This document shows, piece by piece, positions 31,243 through 33,830 of a stretch of 33,830 nucleotides of DNA; positions within the stretch are counted from its first letter, which is position 1, and every line of letters starts with the position of its first letter. This stretch comes from Octopus sinensis. Taxonomy: Eukaryota. Location of the stretch: contig NW_021832115.1 in NCBI RefSeq assembly GCF_006345805.1, positions 1 to 33,830 on the forward strand, written 5' to 3'. A program made the translations under genes and the position numbers. Below the pieces are notes generated by a model. It was not told where the DNA came from. It saw nothing but the letters and a program-made list of their open reading frames with translations, and did not search any database.

Positions 31243-33066
31243 CTAACAGTATCGCCCGGCGTTGCTCGGGTTTGTTTCGACCCTTTGGAATTGAAATTTT
31301 TGAAAAGTAAAAGTTTTGCCCTATGTAGCTTGTTATTCTCTTTAGGTGAACATTTTTCTGGTTGAAATACACCAAAGAATGGTGACACAGCAGTCAAAAT
31401 ATCGTAAAAAATAGGGATTTTCATAGAAAAAAAGCACCTTTTTGATCATCATCATCGTTTAATGTCCGTTTTCCGCGCTAGCACGGGTTGGACGGTTCGA
31501 CCGGGGATCTGGGAAGCCGGAAGGCTGCATCAGGCCCAGTCTGATCTGGCAGTGTTTCTACAGCTGGATGCCCTTCCTAATGCCAACCACTCCGAGAGTG
31601 TATTGTGTGCTTTTTACGTGCCACCGGCACAGGTGCCAGGGGAGGCTGGCATCGGCCACGAGCGGTTGGTGCTTTTAACGAGCCACCGACACAGAAGCCA
31701 GTCAAGGCGGCGCTGGCATCGGCCACGTTCGGATGGTGCTTTTTATGTGCCACTGGCACAGGTATCACAACTACTATTTCCATTGATATTTATTTCGATG
31801 TTGATGTACTTGACTCAATAGGTCTCCTCAAGCACAGCGGGATGTTCTGGTATCCAAGGTACTTTGAATGGGTGGGGGCTATGCGGGAAGCAGCCCGGGT
31901 CTTTGCAGTCACAGCATGTCTCCAGAGATCTCGGTCCTTTGTCATTGCCTCAGTGAGGCCCAAGCTCTGAGGTCATGCTTGACTACCTCATCCCATGTCT
32001 TCCTGGGTCTACCTCTCCCCCTGATTCCTTCAACTGTTTGGGAGCGGTACTTCTTCACACATCTCTCCTCATCCATCCGCAGTACATGACCATACCATCG
32101 CAAGCGTCGCTCTTGCACACCACATCTGATGCTTTTTATGTCCAGCATTTCTCTGAGGGTGCTTACCCTCTGTCGTGCGCGCACACTGACAATACACATC
32201 CAGCGGATCATGCTAGCTTCATTCCTTTCAAGTCTACGCATGTCCTCTGCAGTCACAGCCCGTGAAGCATGGCGGTTCGCACACATGCATCATACAATCT
32301 ACCTTTCACTCTGAGCGAGAGACCCTTTGTCGCCAGTAGGGGTAGGAGCTTTCTAAACTTTGCCCAGGCTATTCGTATTCTAGTGGTGACACTCTCTGAG
32401 CATCCACCTCTACTACTAACTTGGTCACCCAGGTAGCGGAAACTATCAACTACTTCTAGTTTCTCCCTCTGGAGTGTGATGGAATCTGTTTTCTGAGTAT
32501 TTGTGGTGTCTATTGTCCCTGTGCATCTGCCGCACATGAAAGCTATCTTATCAGTTAATTTCTCTTTGATGTTGCTGCACCTCTTATGCGTCCATAGCTT
32601 ACACTGGGTACATCTTATGGAGTTTCTATCTACACCTTTCCTACAGATCGAGCAGGGCCACCTGCCCGAGGGTGTGTGTGCTGAGTTCGCCTTTCTGCTC
32701 ACTATAACTTTGGTCTTTGCTACATTTACTCTAAGGCCCTTTGATTCTAACCCTTGCTTCCACACCCGAAATTTCTTTTCTAGTTCCGGTAGTGATTCTG
32801 CTATGAGAGCCAGGTCATCAGCATAGAGGAGCTCCCAGGGGCAACCTGTTTTGAATTCCTCTGTTATTGCCTGGAGGACTATAAATCATTTTTGGTGTTA
32901 GCATGGTCTGATTTGAATTTTTTCTTCTACGGAATGAAGAGCAAGCCTTCTTTTATCATACTCTCAATTTTGGTCAACTTGTGCCACAGGGTCTCAGAGG
33001 AGATAGTGTTAGATGAAGGCTACCAAACCTGCCATACACACACAGACAACTTCAGCTTTATATATA

Positions 33067-33069
<3 letters not shown>
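31243..33069 (-). mobile_element. Non-autonomous Helitron copy C (different internal sequence), interrupted by a LINE
   Basis: Same 3' hairpin CCCGAGCAACGCCGGG with TTAG end at 31246-31243; 5' TCTTATATATAAAGCTGAAGTTG at 33069; interrupted at about 31446-32880. Confidence 0.8.
31446..32880 (-). mobile_element. 5'-truncated RTEX-like LINE: RT C-half, PHD-type finger, 3' UTR, (GAT)n tail
   Basis: WELLYADDL (YADD 32825-32814), GLRVNVAKTK, FRYLG, RLRWYGHV.R, GRPRKTW; frameshifts near 32270 and 31955. Confidence 0.92.
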
Positions 33070-33121
<52 letters not shown>

Positions 33122-33126
<5 letters not shown>

Positions 33127-33328
33127 TTAATCCAAACAAGAAAGCACAAAAAAACACAACAACGCGAGGATGTGGAACAAATATAGTATTATTGGACGCT
33201 CAGGAAAGAAGGAGGGTTTAACGTTTCGAGCGGAGCTCTTCGTCGGAAACATAGGAGAAGGAAAGATCCAGAGAAGGGAAGACGGAGGGAAAAAATCGCC
33301 AACGGTACACACGAGGTCACATTTTGAA

Positions 33329-33330
<2 letters not shown>
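33122..33330 (-). mobile_element. Solo Penelope-type pLTR-like insert flanked by (TA)n
   Basis: 209-bp segment between two (TA)n tracts carrying a hammerhead-like motif. Confidence 0.6.
33216..33250 (-). ncRNA. Minimal type I hammerhead-ribozyme-like motif
   Basis: GTTT-CCGACGA-A-GAGC-TCC-GCTC-GAAAC-GT-T-AAAC: stem I GTTT/AAAC, stem II GAGC/GCTC, palindromic ACGT stem III; U4 replaced by C. Confidence 0.7.
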
Positions 33331-33379
<49 letters not shown>

Positions 33380-33498
33380 GGAGAGAGAGAGAGAGAGATT
33401 ATATGTAGAGATTATCAACATATGCTGTCTCTTTAAATTATGCTACGCAGATTCCAAAAGAATATTTTCTCCCCCGTTTCTTGACCACTATCCCCCAA

Positions 33499-33574
<76 letters not shown>

Positions 33575-33618
33575 ACTGTCTGTTTCTGTCTCTGTTTTGA
33601 TTACCACTCGCATATATA

Positions 33619-33674
33619 GGCGGTTGCCCCAGCATGGCCACATCTCGTGAGCTGAAACTAGATAAAATAAAAAA
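33619..33674 (+). mobile_element. About 55-bp 3' tail of the CR1/L2-group LINE
   Basis: GCCCCAGCATGGCCACATCTCGTGAGCTGAAACTAGATAAAATAAAA differs from 996-1042 at one base. Confidence 0.85.
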
Positions 33675-33830
33675 TATATATATATACATATATATACACG
33701 ACAGGCTTCTTTCAGTTTCCATCTGCCAAATCCACTTACACGGCTTTGGTTGGCTGAAGGCTATAGTAGAAGACATTTGCCCAAGGTGCCACGCAGTGGG
33801 ACTGAACCTGGAACCATGTGGTTGGAATCA
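33675..33830 (-). mobile_element. SINE family 1, 5' half (cut by window edge)
   Basis: CGACAGGCTTCTTTCAGTTTCC..GTGGGACTGAACCTGGAACCATGTGG. Confidence 0.88.

Overview
Eukaryotic, repeat-dense genomic DNA; the tRNA-headed SINEs, RTE/CR1 LINEs, Penelope remnants and abundant microsatellites suggest an octopus (recognition from memory, not a search). The main host gene is on the minus strand and encodes a divergent Myc/Max-network bHLH-leucine-zipper factor. It has a TATA/E2F/GC-box promoter at about 25385-25430, an ATG-free leader, coding exon 1 at 24951-24216 and coding exon 2 from 18382, joined by matching phase-1 splice sites (436 aa if read to the stop at 17808). A GTAAGT donor overlaps that stop. 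Two further phase-1 exons downstream (17019-16930 and 9840-9773) could give the factor three alternative C-termini after the zipper. A candidate poison exon lies in intron 1, and a damaged Penelope-type minimal hammerhead ribozyme lies on the sense strand just after exon 2. An intronic CCAAT/E2F promoter and an antisense six-cysteine ORF are nested in the locus. The flanks are SINE copies, three non-autonomous Helitrons, a Tc1/mariner MITE, CR1-, RTE- and RTEX-like LINE fragments, a GIY-YIG remnant and long microsatellites. Most ORFs in the supplied track are microsatellite or repeat artefacts. All splice models are inferred from sequence alone.
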